NCBI GenBank assembly: GCA_973895155.1
Contig: OZ316892.1
Span: forward strand, 4,672,510 to 4,736,509
Source: Marsupella aquatica
Taxonomy: Eukaryota > Plantae > Marchantiophyta
DNA length: 64,000 nucleotides
Direction of reading: 5' to 3'
Under the pieces are notes generated by a model. The model was not told the DNA's origin, did not search any database, and worked only from the letters and a program-made list of their open reading frames with translations. Below are positions 49,624 through 60,354 of the stretch, piece after piece. A program made the position numbers and the translations under genes. Position 1 is the first letter of the stretch. Each line of letters opens with the position of its first letter.

Positions 49624-49929
49624 CTCGGGGGCCTCAATCCAAGGGGTGTCTCATATCACGCTTGAAGTTTGGGGGGAATATACACCCTAAAAGTTAAGTC
49701 AATAAAGTTTTTTTAGTAATTTGTTAACCCCTAACTTAATGGAATACTCCAAGAATATTCTCATATTTGATTTTAAAAAACCCTATGATTCTTATAATTC
49801 TCAAAATTGGATTAAAATAACCCTAATGTTCCTCAACAAAAATTTAAAAGTATTTCACTAAACCCAATAAAAAAACCCTATACTTATTCGCGCGTGATGG
49901 GTCGAAAGAAAAGAAGTGAGGACCCCGGG
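49624..49929. mobile_element. 306-bp MITE with 8-bp TSD inserted in the copia RT
   Basis: TSD CTTGCTAG (49616-49623, 49930-49937); TIR CTCGGGGGCCTCA / TGAGGACCCCGGG. Removal restores NLLA-RHSSQPT. Confidence 0.9.
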
Positions 49930-50169
49930 CTTGCTAGTAGGTTTATAGCAAAGGCAATATCTAGCCGGGTCTTAGTTGCCAAGAACATGAGCGCTCCTAT
50001 TGCAGACAGGTAGGGCTTGTCTGAGCCAAGTAGTGGCTCATTCTCTGTGCGCTTTCTAAACATGTCTTTGTCCCTATCTAGGGATCTGATGTCCATGGGT
50101 GAATTCATAGCATGTGCTTTGTCCATGTTAAATTGCAGTAGCATTCTCCTTACAGTATATGTGGACTTC

Positions 50170-51080
50170 AATCTTTCTGAGTTGCATCGTTCAGTTTGCG
50201 GTTGTCTTGGCAGATGCAAATCTTGGGCTTCCCATCCGTACCTCCCTTCTTTGGTATGATGACGATAGGGGACACCCAATCACTGGCCATCACCGGGTAC
50301 AGATGATATTCACTGCTAATTTATAGTCGATCTATCTCCTCTTTTACCAAGATGGAGTACCTCAGGTTCATGCGCCGCTATCTCTGTCGCACGGCATGGG
50401 CTCCTAGGTTCAAATCAATGGTGTGTTCGCCCAACTCGGGGGAGACACCGGTTAGATTGTGATGACTCCAAGCGAACACGTCCTCATACTCCTTCAGTAG
50501 TGCTTGGATAGACTTCTCCGCATCCCCTTTCAAAGCGTGTCCTAGATTAAAAGACTTATCCATGCCAATGGTGTACTTTCAGTAGTGTTCCTTCCTTATG
50601 ACCTCCACTTGATTCCGCAAGCTGGGATCCAAACTAGCATCTAGTTCAGCTAACCGGACTCCTCCATACGTTGGAGGGATTGGTGTCGGCCTCGGAATTG
50701 GGGATACTTCCTCTACTAACAGGGGCGGGAACGGGGGGATGGATGGGTCCCAAGAGACCCACTTCTTATGCTTCAGTTTTGGGGTTTTGGATTTGGGTGG
50801 TGCCTGAGCAGGCACTGGGATAGTGGAGTCGGGTTTGGCTCCCCGCTTAGCTGGAGCCGTAGCCTCCATATCCTTGGTAGTGATGGCTTCCTCTTGCTGT
50901 TCATCTGTTGTGGTACTATAGAGGTTCAAGGTGGGGATGTCCTCTACTATCTTTGGATAGTTCAGGAGGTGCGTCTCCCGGGTCGCCTCTACATCTTCCT
51001 CGGAAAGGGATGAAATAATTTTGATCATATTGAGCTCTTCTTCCTCCGAGGTCTCCGAACCATACTCTTCAGGTCCTTGT
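50170..51080 (-). mobile_element. Ty3/gypsy pol fragment (pre-RT and RT N-terminus), decayed
   Basis: LLKEYEDVFAWS...GVSPELGEHTIDL...VRQR*RRMN...VKEEIDRL, followed by WVSPIVIIPKK-like sequence with frameshifts. Confidence 0.8.
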
Positions 51081-51099
51081 GGTCACTTGGTAAGTCCAA

Positions 51100-51301
51100 C
51101 CCCCACCACAAATGATTTGGATTTCTGCATCATTGACAGTGGGACAACCCACACCATTCTGCGAGAGAGAAGATATTTTAGTAAAATAATTCCTTCCCAA
51201 AGACGAGCTACTACTATATTGGGGCAACACCAACTCAAGGATGGCCATGGCCCTGCAATAATAATACTACCAAGAGGAACAGCCATCCATATATCAGCAA
51301 C
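51100..51301 (+). mobile_element. Copia protease fragment cut by the CACTA insertion
   Basis: FCIIDSGTTHTILRERRYF...GHGPAIIILPRGT; similarity stops at the CACTA terminus. Confidence 0.75.
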
Positions 51302-54300
51302 CACTAGTAGAAACCGGGGCCATTTAGACCATACCTTATAGGACTAAGCCCACTAAGTCCTTTTTCCATACTTGAAACGACTCGCTCTCATTGTGCCGGT
51401 TTTGTTGAAAACTACAAAAGACTATTAGTGTTATATGGTTCTCTAAATGACTATGAGAAGGGTCCTTGCTACTTTGTGAACGGTGAATAGTCTAGCACTA
51501 CATGGGTAATGATCACTTATGTTGAAGAGGGTTAATTCTATAAAGATGGTGATAGCAAGGGGCATAACTCATTAGATGGCCTTATTTGTGACCAAAAAGG
51601 TTCATGGTTCCAATTACTCCATTGGCCTACTTTCTCCATGGTCCCTTAAATACTAAATTTCACAAAGTTCACATGAGGAGTTACATTATAATAACAGACC
51701 ATGGAACCCCCAACAACATGCAATGTGGGTGAAATGAAAACATTTAGGCTCTTAATGAACATGGTTGGGCACAAGTGACTACATTGGGCCTAAGTTGTTA
51801 GGAGTTGTTTTGTACTTGGGGTAGGAGAGTGGATGTTATGTGCACGACATCCAAGTTTAGGGATGAGGGTAAATATGCCAACCCTTCAAAAATGTCTTGT
51901 CCCCTGGTGTCTCATATAGTACCCAACTATGTCCATGTGGATTTTGAATGAGTGATGCTTGACTTAATTACATTGGCCCCCTCTTCTTCATGGTCCCTTT
52001 ACTTCTGATTATCTTTCAACTCTCAAAACAGGTCCATGTAACGGGTACTTTTCATAACTTAGGGTACTTTTGATAGAGGTAATTCCATGAGGGGGGCCCG
52101 GAGGGGGGGGGGGGGGTTAGGGTGGGGCACAACTGATTAAGTGGCCTCATCTTTGTCACCAAAGGGATTTATTTAAGTTATCCTTTACCCTCACCCAAAT
52201 GTACTCATTTGTTGCCTAATTAAGTCCACATTGTTCCCCTACATCAAGACTTTGGCCATGACTTATCAAGCCTAACGGCTCAACTCAACGGAAACGGGCC
52301 CTGGATTAGCGTTTAGGGTCCTGTTTGCACTAAGTCTTGGGTTAGGGTGAGTATGCTTTGGTCATCGTATGAAACTGGGTTTTTGTGAAGGGAAGTATCG
52401 AGTGTCCGCGCCCCATGCGTTTGGGCCCCATCATTTGTGCTTTGCGACAGAACGACCTGCGGAATGTTTGTGAGTTTAGCATACGAGCAGAGTTTAGGGT
52501 AAGCATTTTGCGAGGGAAGGTCGGAGCTCATTCACTTCACATTGCTGCGTCCACTACTGCGAGCGCTTTTGACAGTTCTGCCTCTGTTTGGACACAGTGT
52601 ATTAGATTGCAAGGGGTTTGCATTGGTTTGGGAGAGCCTTGAGAGTTGTTAGGTGGTAAGGACATTGTTGCGAGGCATCCCCGAGAAGCGCTTGGTGGTA
52701 AGGAGCTTCCTGAAGTACGCGGAAGGTCGGGTGGTGGAGGGTTTTTGATGCAGAGGATGACAAGCTCCGTCAATTGTAGAGCTAGGTCAACCAAGCTTTG
52801 AAGAGGGAGGCTCTTCAATCAACGGAGTAGAGATTGCAGCTACGATCAGGGTTTGCGGAGCTGCCAGCCGGGTGCTTGGACTGCAGAGAAGAGCAGCCAC
52901 AATCATTCAGTTCTTCTCCTAGCTCAGCTGCGCATTGTCAACCATCGAGCGCTTGGTTGGTGGAATTAGAGACAAAGGATTTGGTGTGCCAGGGATGCTA
53001 CGGTAACAACGTGAACCGGTCATTTTTTACAGTCCTGCAATGTTAGTGAGCTGTGAAGGTTGCGCTTGAGAGCTGACAGTCTCGTCGCCGCCTGCTCCCA
53101 TTGTTGTGACTTCATTCAAGTTGCTCGAGCATAGGTGATTTCTACTGCTACGGAAGGCAAGCTGCTTGAAGGGAGGCGACATTGTCTGCAAACATTGCAG
53201 AAGGCCATCAAAGGCTGGGCCTAGCAGCTGCAAGAGCTATGGTCTAGGAGGACCTCAATGCGGGGAGAAGCTGCGGGTGGGGACGAGCTGCGGGCGGGGA
53301 CGATCTGCGATCAGGGAGGATACATTGGGTCATCACTTACATTTTAGGTGTTGACGTGAGGGAGACCTTGAGGTCGGAGGTGGTCTGCAATTGACAAGAA
53401 GGTTGACATTCCCTCCCGCTGCGGATTGGTACTTCATTCAGGTGATTCCTATTGCTGCCTCCCACCGCCATTGCCGATTGCCGCTATCATCATTGATTGC
53501 TTGCTTGCCACTGCCTTTGCTAGTTGCCACCGCCTGTGCTTGTCACTGCCTTTTGTATTGTCTGTGGCTTTTGGTACCCTATTGAGAAATACTGGTCAGC
53601 TTAGTCACGCATTGCACTGAAGATTTCTGCCAGGTCTACGCATGTAATCCTTTGTCTATTGGTCGCTGTCATTTGCATTTTTTTAGGGACCGTCCACAGT
53701 TGCGGTGGGAGTGGATAGTGCTGGTCACCTGTTCAGGAGGTGCAAGGTGAGAGGGTGGAGAGGACCTGCGCTGCTCAGAATAGAAGTGGCGAGGTTGAGG
53801 GGAGCACCCGGGGGAGCAGCTGCAAGCTTACCATCTTCAGAGTGGGGATTTTCTTGGGGATTTCTGCTAAACTGCTCTGGCTTTCTTCTCGGAGGTAAGC
53901 TACTCCGGACTGTCACTTAGCGAGTTGGTCGCGCTACTAGAAGTACTACCACTTTTACTATAACGCCAACCTCAGTGCTTTTTATAGAATGCTTTGTTGT
54001 TCTTCTACTCGGCATGGCATCATCCTGATTGCCCGTCGCGCTGTGACCAGCAATGGAAAGCGTAGACTATCTCCCTTTGCTAGTCAAAAGGCTGCGAGGT
54101 CTGATTTATGTCTTGCTGGAGTTTTGCTCCTCTATGTGCTTTGTTGTGTTAGCTTCGTTTGTTGTGATCTGTCTTACCCTACTGAGTACTAGTTTTACAC
54201 TCTGTGATCCGACTTCATTCCCTACAAATAAATGGACACGACACTGTCTTGCTGGAGTTTTGGTGGTCTAGCTCCGTGCTTTGTTTGCTGTGATCGGTCT

Positions 54301-54816
54301 TACCCTGTTGAGTACTAGTTTCGCACCCTGTGATCCGACTTCATTGCCCCGGTGATTTTCTCTGTCTCTATCCTCTACATTCAGCTTGCGGGTGGGTTTT
54401 GTTATGATTTGATTGGATGACTGATTGTTTTGGAGTTGTAGCCGTGGTCAAACGCACGTCTATTAAAAACAAGTTCATGGAGCTCAGGTTGCTGCTGTAT
54501 ATAAAGTGCAGCAGGATCTAGAACTGCTTGCAGTCCCAGTGAATCATACATGCTACAATCACAGGATATGACTTCAATAAGTCTTCATAGTTTCTCATTT
54601 TTGTAGAATCTGAGATGTTGCTGGCCCAGGAGATGAGTTTCCCTTAAGAGTCAGGGACATCAGCAGTGTGGGCCATGTAATACAGTTGAGAATGATGGCA
54701 AGTATAATTTGTTAATGGGTCCAATGCCATGTTTGTGAGCTATTGAGTTGGGTAGGAGAAAATTACCAAAACATTGTCGCAATTGCTTCCAGAACAATCA
54801 TTCGTGGTTAGACTAA

Positions 54817-55159
54817 ATCAATCTATTCATTAAAAGTGAATTATTATTCAATTTGTGAACATTTCGGCAATAGAAAGTGTACATTTGGCTTTCAAAAAGT
54901 GTACATTTGGGCAAGAAATAGAGGTGATGGCCATCAAACATACCACCATGTTCATCTTTTATAACTGAACTAGGATGAGACTCCTTCTAGTAAAGATCAT
55001 TTTTTCTCCCTCAAATTTACAATTGACTATGTAGGTGTAGAGTATTGTACTATAGTGTACCTTTTGGGGTTAAAAAGTGTACATTTAGAGACCAAAAAGT
55101 GTACATTTCGAGGCCTAAAAGTGAACAAAATAAAATACACTTTTAATGAATAGGGTGAT
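54817..55159 (-). mobile_element. 343-bp MITE derived from the 11333-24417 family
   Basis: Ends ATCAATCTATTCATTAAAAGTG and CACTTTTAATGAATAGGGTGAT; 4-bp TSD CTAA (54813-54816, 55160-55163); internal AAGTGTACATTT repeats; reversed relative to the large element. Confidence 0.92.
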
Positions 55160-56074
55160 CTAAGCTCGGCTGAACACCCCTCGCTTGCATGGGACGGACA
55201 CAATGCGGAATAGGCTATCATGGAGTTGTTGAATGGATCTTCAATTTTCATGAGAAATGTCCTGGGTTTCCATCCTATGTGTAGATTTCAGAATTAGAAC
55301 GAAACTACTATTAAGAATACTGTACTTAGCGATTCTTCTTTTCCTGTGAAGACATTGCCACAAATGTTTCCTTGAGTTCCTGTCATACTAGTGTATTGCG
55401 GAACAACTGTCCAAGTATGCTGCAATGGTCGGTCTTGCGCAGCTGAATGAGCCAATTTCATTTTCCCTGTGCACTTCTATTTCTCAGAGAATTCCCTGGT
55501 CATGCTCATTTTCCCCAGAGTTAGAAAACAAAGAAGAAGAGCTGACTAATTGTAATTCCAATCCATATCCTGATCGGTCAAGGATTGTTCACTACATTGG
55601 CCTTGTCATTGGCCGAGGTCACCAAATTTTGCTTGGTTTCATTCCTGTGGAGCACTGCTGTGATGGATTTGTCGTAGCATTCTGCAAACTCTCACGGTTT
55701 GCTTATGGCCATTATTTGCAATTTGCTGCTACTAATATGTCTTCTTCTGAGCAGCATACACCAGAAGTAAGCAATAGTGGAGGTTTAACTACACATCAAC
55801 ACATCTAGTGAACTACCTCTCTGCTGCTCACTGGAGGGTGAGACTTTCACTCTTTCTGGATATTGTAGTTTGTAAGCAAGTTGATTAGGAGTGTTTCATG
55901 CTATGTTTACACTGTGACCCCTAGCTGGAACCAATGGAATGACACAGTGAGTGGGAACTGATAATTTAAGGTTGGTTGCTGTTGGTGAGGCAAGTACAGC
56001 TCCTGCTCACCTTGCTGATCGAAGGTGCTTATCAGAGGACGTGAACACACGACATCTCCACAAAAGCAACACTT

Positions 56075-56524
56075 ATGGTGAGGACCCGCAACGCTGAACA
56101 TGTGCGGCTTGCACGCAAGGCAGAGATGTTGCGCCTTGAGTATGTCAGACTTGGGATCCTTCCAGCCCAGTCTGCATGGTACTTTGAGTACCCAGTTGTT
56201 GCCAGGAACAACTACAGCCGGCCTGTACCTGCTTCTCCACCCTTCCCAACATCCTTGGTATTTCTGTCTCTTGTACATGACCCGCCACAAATTAGGGCCC
56301 AAGGGTGTGTGCACAGTTGCCAATATGACTGTCCTGCCTGTAGGGCTTCTGGCCTAGAGTTGGATGACCGTTCTCTTGGATGTCGGTTTTTTCACAGAGC
56401 ACAATGTATCATCTGGAACCACTCGCCATCCTGCAGTGTGCCTGGCGATGTCACTTGTCCTGCCCTCCCAGACCCCACCACCGGTCACTTTGGTGTCTAC
56501 ACATGTTTGGATCACACGCTCTAG
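56075..56524 (+). CDS. Possible Cys/His-rich CACTA cargo ORF, unknown function
   Basis: 149-aa ATG-initiated ORF, co-oriented with the other cargo genes; no recognisable family. Confidence 0.3.
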   Translation: MVRTRNAEHVRLARKAEMLRLEYVRLGILPAQSAWYFEYPVVARNNYSRPVPASPPFPTSLVFLSLVHDPPQIRAQGCVHSCQYDCPACRASGLELDDRSLGCRFFHRAQCIIWNHSPSCSVPGDVTCPALPDPTTGHFGVYTCLDHTL

Positions 56525-57193
56525 AGGACCACTTGTCACACCGCATGCACAAACCAGAGACCATTGACCTATAACTTAACACTTTGACTTGAACAGAGAG
56601 GATATTTACTTAAGATTTTGAATTATGACCAATTTTGGGTCCAGGGTTTAGGGTCAACAGTACATAACTTATCCTATTATGGCTGCACTAAGTACAATAT
56701 CCTAATTTAAGAGGCTAGCACGCTCACTTAAAAGTCTCCTTTCAAAGACTGGAATTAATGGGCCATGTGATAACCTGGAAAAAGTGATTTATGCCTAACT
56801 TATTTGTCTCATTCACTATCATAGCCTATTTAGGATGTATAAATTACAACCCTGATCACACTGCTTGATACCAATCCTATTCAAAAAATGCCTGTTTTAC
56901 ATGTCACGACTGTTATATGTGATTCAAATGCATTAAATCTTGTTGCAGATCTCCTTTGGTGAATCATAGCCACAAAATTGAGGTGTAGGTGGAGCTATTG
57001 TACGAGGGGATCAGTTTTTAGTGTGGGCTCAACAAACCAAAAAGTATGTCTACTCTGCACATGTGTGTGAACATTTCATTGTAGTAGCAATTGCCACTCT
57101 AGTCTATATGCTACACTGTACTTTTTGTACACTACACTAAATTGTATTGTCCGTGCACTCTGCTAAATTGTACTATCTGTCTCATGCGTAGGC

Positions 57194-57874
57194 ATGGCAC
57201 GCCCTAAAATCCGAGCCAAGAAGCGGGGGACAGAGGTGAGCAACACAGGTGTAGTTGGGCCAGATGGTAGTAACTTCTCCGCAAGTCAGATTTTCCAGAA
57301 GGCAGCTCATTGTTGTGCCATTTGTGACGATGGTGGTGGCTTAGCCATATGTGAGGGCCCTTGCATGAGGCATTTCCACCTCAACCCGGAGTCTGACCTT
57401 GCTGCAGAAAACAACTGTCCAGGGGTGGGCCTCCCGTCAGCACACCAGGGAGGCTGGATGTGCACTGATTGTTTGGAGAAGCAGGCTAAGTGTGCACAGT
57501 GTGGGAAGTTGGGGTCTTATGAGGGCTCTGTTGATGCTCCACCACTTGTTAGGAAATGCCCTGACAGATATTGTGTGAGGTTCTTTTGTTTTTCATGTTT
57601 GCCCGATCTTGCCACAGCTTGCCCACTTCATAAGTGCAAGGCATGTGGTCAGCATGATGAAGATTTCTGGGTGGACATAGTCCACTGTGTTAGGTGTCCC
57701 ACCATGTGGCACTTTCATTGTTTGAAGGAGGGTCAAGCAGAAGGCTGTGCTTGTGACAGACACATCTATGATCACTCTGCACATGGTGTTGATCGATGGA
57801 TCTTCTATTGTCATCGCCATGCCATAGATCCTACTTTGCACACTCCCATGAGAGATCACATTTCTTGGCTTTGA
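57194..57874 (+). CDS. Stand-alone EDM2/NSD-like tandem PHD finger protein
   Basis: CAICDDGGGLAICEGPCMRHFH...CTDC..KQAKCAQCGKLGS...CPLHKCKAC...CVRCPTMWHFHC...IFYCHRHAIDPTLHTPMRDHI, following the PHD cassette of plant EDM2 including the terminal TPxRDHI. Confidence 0.85.
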   Translation: MARPKIRAKKRGTEVSNTGVVGPDGSNFSASQIFQKAAHCCAICDDGGGLAICEGPCMRHFHLNPESDLAAENNCPGVGLPSAHQGGWMCTDCLEKQAKCAQCGKLGSYEGSVDAPPLVRKCPDRYCVRFFCFSCLPDLATACPLHKCKACGQHDEDFWVDIVHCVRCPTMWHFHCLKEGQAEGCACDRHIYDHSAHGVDRWIFYCHRHAIDPTLHTPMRDHISWL

Positions 57875-58472
57875 ACCTGAATAATATACATGCATAGTGC
57901 ACCTGATGTGGATACCTTGGAGATTGCAGACATTCCAATTTTGAGAAGAAGGACCTCTGTAGGAGAGGATGCTTAGGCAACAAGTACCCTAAGTTCATTA
58001 CTTGTTCCTGGGTACATGCCTTCAAAAACTGCCCTTAAGCCTTCTAGGAACTTTTTTAACTTTGCAATCATTTTGATCACGACTTACATGACACTGCTTA
58101 AATTAAATCAGGACTTCTCATTATGAGCATATAAGTTACAAGGCTATTTAATTTGCGAGAATTCCCTTAAAGTGTACCAACATTTTGTATTCTCATTGAA
58201 TGTCTGCCCATTTACAACATTTGTATGTGGCATCACAAAACAATTGCACTTGTCACCTTCAATATTGTGAAGGCACATATTCAAACTATGAGGTGCATGC
58301 TTGCAGGTGTCTAGTACGTTTGTCCCAATATTTCTCCCGTTTGGAATCGGAGCAGAGACTCACCAGACGACTGGACTGGACCAAGTTATAAACACAGCAT
58401 TTTAAGGGCCCTCCGATTATCAGGTGAATGCATTATCTTCCGGTCTGCAGTGATTAGGTGGCCCGTGTGTAC

Positions 58473-59318
58473 ATGGCCTCTAGGAAACGTACAAAGGTTG
58501 ACCACCCGCCTCTGTTGGCTGGAATCAAAGCCATTTTGATTCCTGGCCACTATGGGTTCACCCAAGTGAGTTGGCCAATCGTACAAAAACGATTCTCAGA
58601 GTTCCATGGGACTGAAGTCAAGGACATCACTCCACAGACTACACATGTTGCGGGGACATGGCTGGATGTGATGAACAAGTGGTCATGGTCCTTCATTGAT
58701 TCTGCCATTACCAACCAAGGTCTAAAAGTAGTTGAAGTCTCTTGGCTGACCGATTCTGTTAAACATAGGTGTGTACAGAGTACTGAGCAATATGAGTTGT
58801 GGGAGAGTGAGGAGGCCACTGCAGAGGCTTTGGCTGAAAAGGAAGCCTATGAAGCAGCGGCAAAGAAACCCAACTTTGCTTCTGTCCAATATGGACCTGT
58901 TGTCAACATAGGACACCATCCTATGCGTGCAGATGCTATATTGAATGAGCATGGCAAGGAGAGAAATACCATTATGAAGGGGTTCAGTGTGGTATTTGCA
59001 GAAGAAGGAATTGGGGAGACTAAGTGCAGACTGTACAAGTCTATAGTTGTTGAGCTAGGTGGGACAGTGGAGGAGAGTCTAACAGAAACCTCCACTCATG
59101 TTGTAGGTCTGTCATACATGAAAATATGCAGAAAATTCTTTAAGACAACAGTGCGTGATTTTGTCATGAACAACAATCTTTGGGTGCTTTCCCCTGATTG
59201 GCTTCTGGAATCAGCAGCTAGAGGGAAGCGACAGAATGCTTGGGACTTTGATATTTTTGAGGCCTGGCCCTCCAAGATTCAGCGGAGATGTATGCTTAGC
59301 AAAGGTGGGAGAGAGTGA
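58473..59318 (+). CDS. Tandem BRCT-domain protein
   Basis: Two repeats: FHGTEVKDITPQTTHV...VVEVSWLTDSV...YEL and ELGGTVEESLTETSTHVV...VLSPDWLLESA...FDI. Confidence 0.85.
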   Translation: MASRKRTKVDHPPLLAGIKAILIPGHYGFTQVSWPIVQKRFSEFHGTEVKDITPQTTHVAGTWLDVMNKWSWSFIDSAITNQGLKVVEVSWLTDSVKHRCVQSTEQYELWESEEATAEALAEKEAYEAAAKKPNFASVQYGPVVNIGHHPMRADAILNEHGKERNTIMKGFSVVFAEEGIGETKCRLYKSIVVELGGTVEESLTETSTHVVGLSYMKICRKFFKTTVRDFVMNNNLWVLSPDWLLESAARGKRQNAWDFDIFEAWPSKIQRRCMLSKGGRE

Positions 59319-59458
59319 GGAGTAGGAGTCCCTCATATTTTTGTATAAAACACAATTTTGTAATAAATGTGATCCTTGAACTAACTCATCTTGTCATGGT
59401 TGGTCGCAGTTGAAGTGATTGTTGTTTCCTGCTGCGTGGGGTGTGACTGTGAATCTAC

Positions 59459-60028
59459 TTGCTGGGCTCTGTTTGGCTGAAGACTTTGGTGGGTATGCTG
59501 CCTCTTCCAGACCGTCAGGCCCTATGTAGGGTCCTCCTACGGGTTGCATCGTGCATGGCTACTGCTTGGGCTTACTTGTGTGGATTGGTAACCAGACAGA
59601 GTGTAGCTCCATCCGAGATAATGCCTGTAGACCTTGGATGTGTTGTGAATGCTGTGGTGAATGAGGATGCACAGTCGGAAGAGGACATTTACTTTTCAGC
59701 AGATGAGTTAGACAAGCACGATGCTGTAGGTGGTTCCTTGTTGCCTGATTTGGCAGATGATATAGTTCTTACACATGTCTGGCCGAGGGTTCTTGTGGTG
59801 TCTGGCGCACAAGATATCTGCAAATATAGACTAATTAGTACCCAGTGGAGGGACTTGGTAGCAACATGTGCACCATGGAGGGCACTGCTGCCACTGCTTG
59901 TAGGCACGGATCGAAGACCACCATGGCATGAGCAGGGTTTAGACCTTGATGACTTAATGTACATGCCTGAGTACCTCAGGGCTGAGTGGCATCGACAACA
60001 GGATTGGTATCCGTATTTGATGTGGTAG
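59459..60028 (+). CDS. F-box-like small protein (CACTA cargo)
   Basis: LLPDLADDIVLTHVWPRV...YRLISTQWRDLV resembles plant F-box motifs; start codon uncertain. Confidence 0.6.
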   Translation: MLGSVWLKTLVGMLPLPDRQALCRVLLRVASCMATAWAYLCGLVTRQSVAPSEIMPVDLGCVVNAVVNEDAQSEEDIYFSADELDKHDAVGGSLLPDLADDIVLTHVWPRVLVVSGAQDICKYRLISTQWRDLVATCAPWRALLPLLVGTDRRPPWHEQGLDLDDLMYMPEYLRAEWHRQQDWYPYLMW

Positions 60029-60354
60029 TAAGATGAGGACATCTCACACCGGTCTCGCACCTGGCACCTGTGTCTATGACTATACATGATTGGACTCTGA
60101 TATGGTCATGGATGTACGTGCAGAGGCAGTACATGTGAGGACAGCGGAGGAGTTGATACCCTCAAACATTTAGGAATTTTGTCTCATTCACTTGAGAATA
60201 GGTACATGACTCAGGCACCTATATTTTTTGTTTTTTTGTTTTTTTGGAACGTTACGTATTTTGGCAAGTACAGTCGGGGGTGAAATCCTTAACAGGAAGT
60301 GTATTTTTCACTTGCATAATAAAATGACAGGGTGCTGAGTGCGTGTGTATAGTG

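Larger units (their letters stand above)
47814..50167 (-). mobile_element. Ty1/copia 3' fragment: RT end, RNase H, PPT and 3' LTR (47814-47950)
   Basis: PYLSAIGALMFLA..TRLDIAFAINLLARHSSQPT..WNGVKRI, YADAGYLSD, KQSLTTTSSNHSEIIAL, IFEDNQPC, RTKHI, NNADLLTK. LTR TGTTG...TAACA followed by CTCCCCCTTG (PPT on minus strand). Confidence 0.9.

Noticed and set aside
52313-55808. Many short ORFs in the left part of the CACTA element
   Set aside because: No motifs, consistent strand or splice pattern that I can support.
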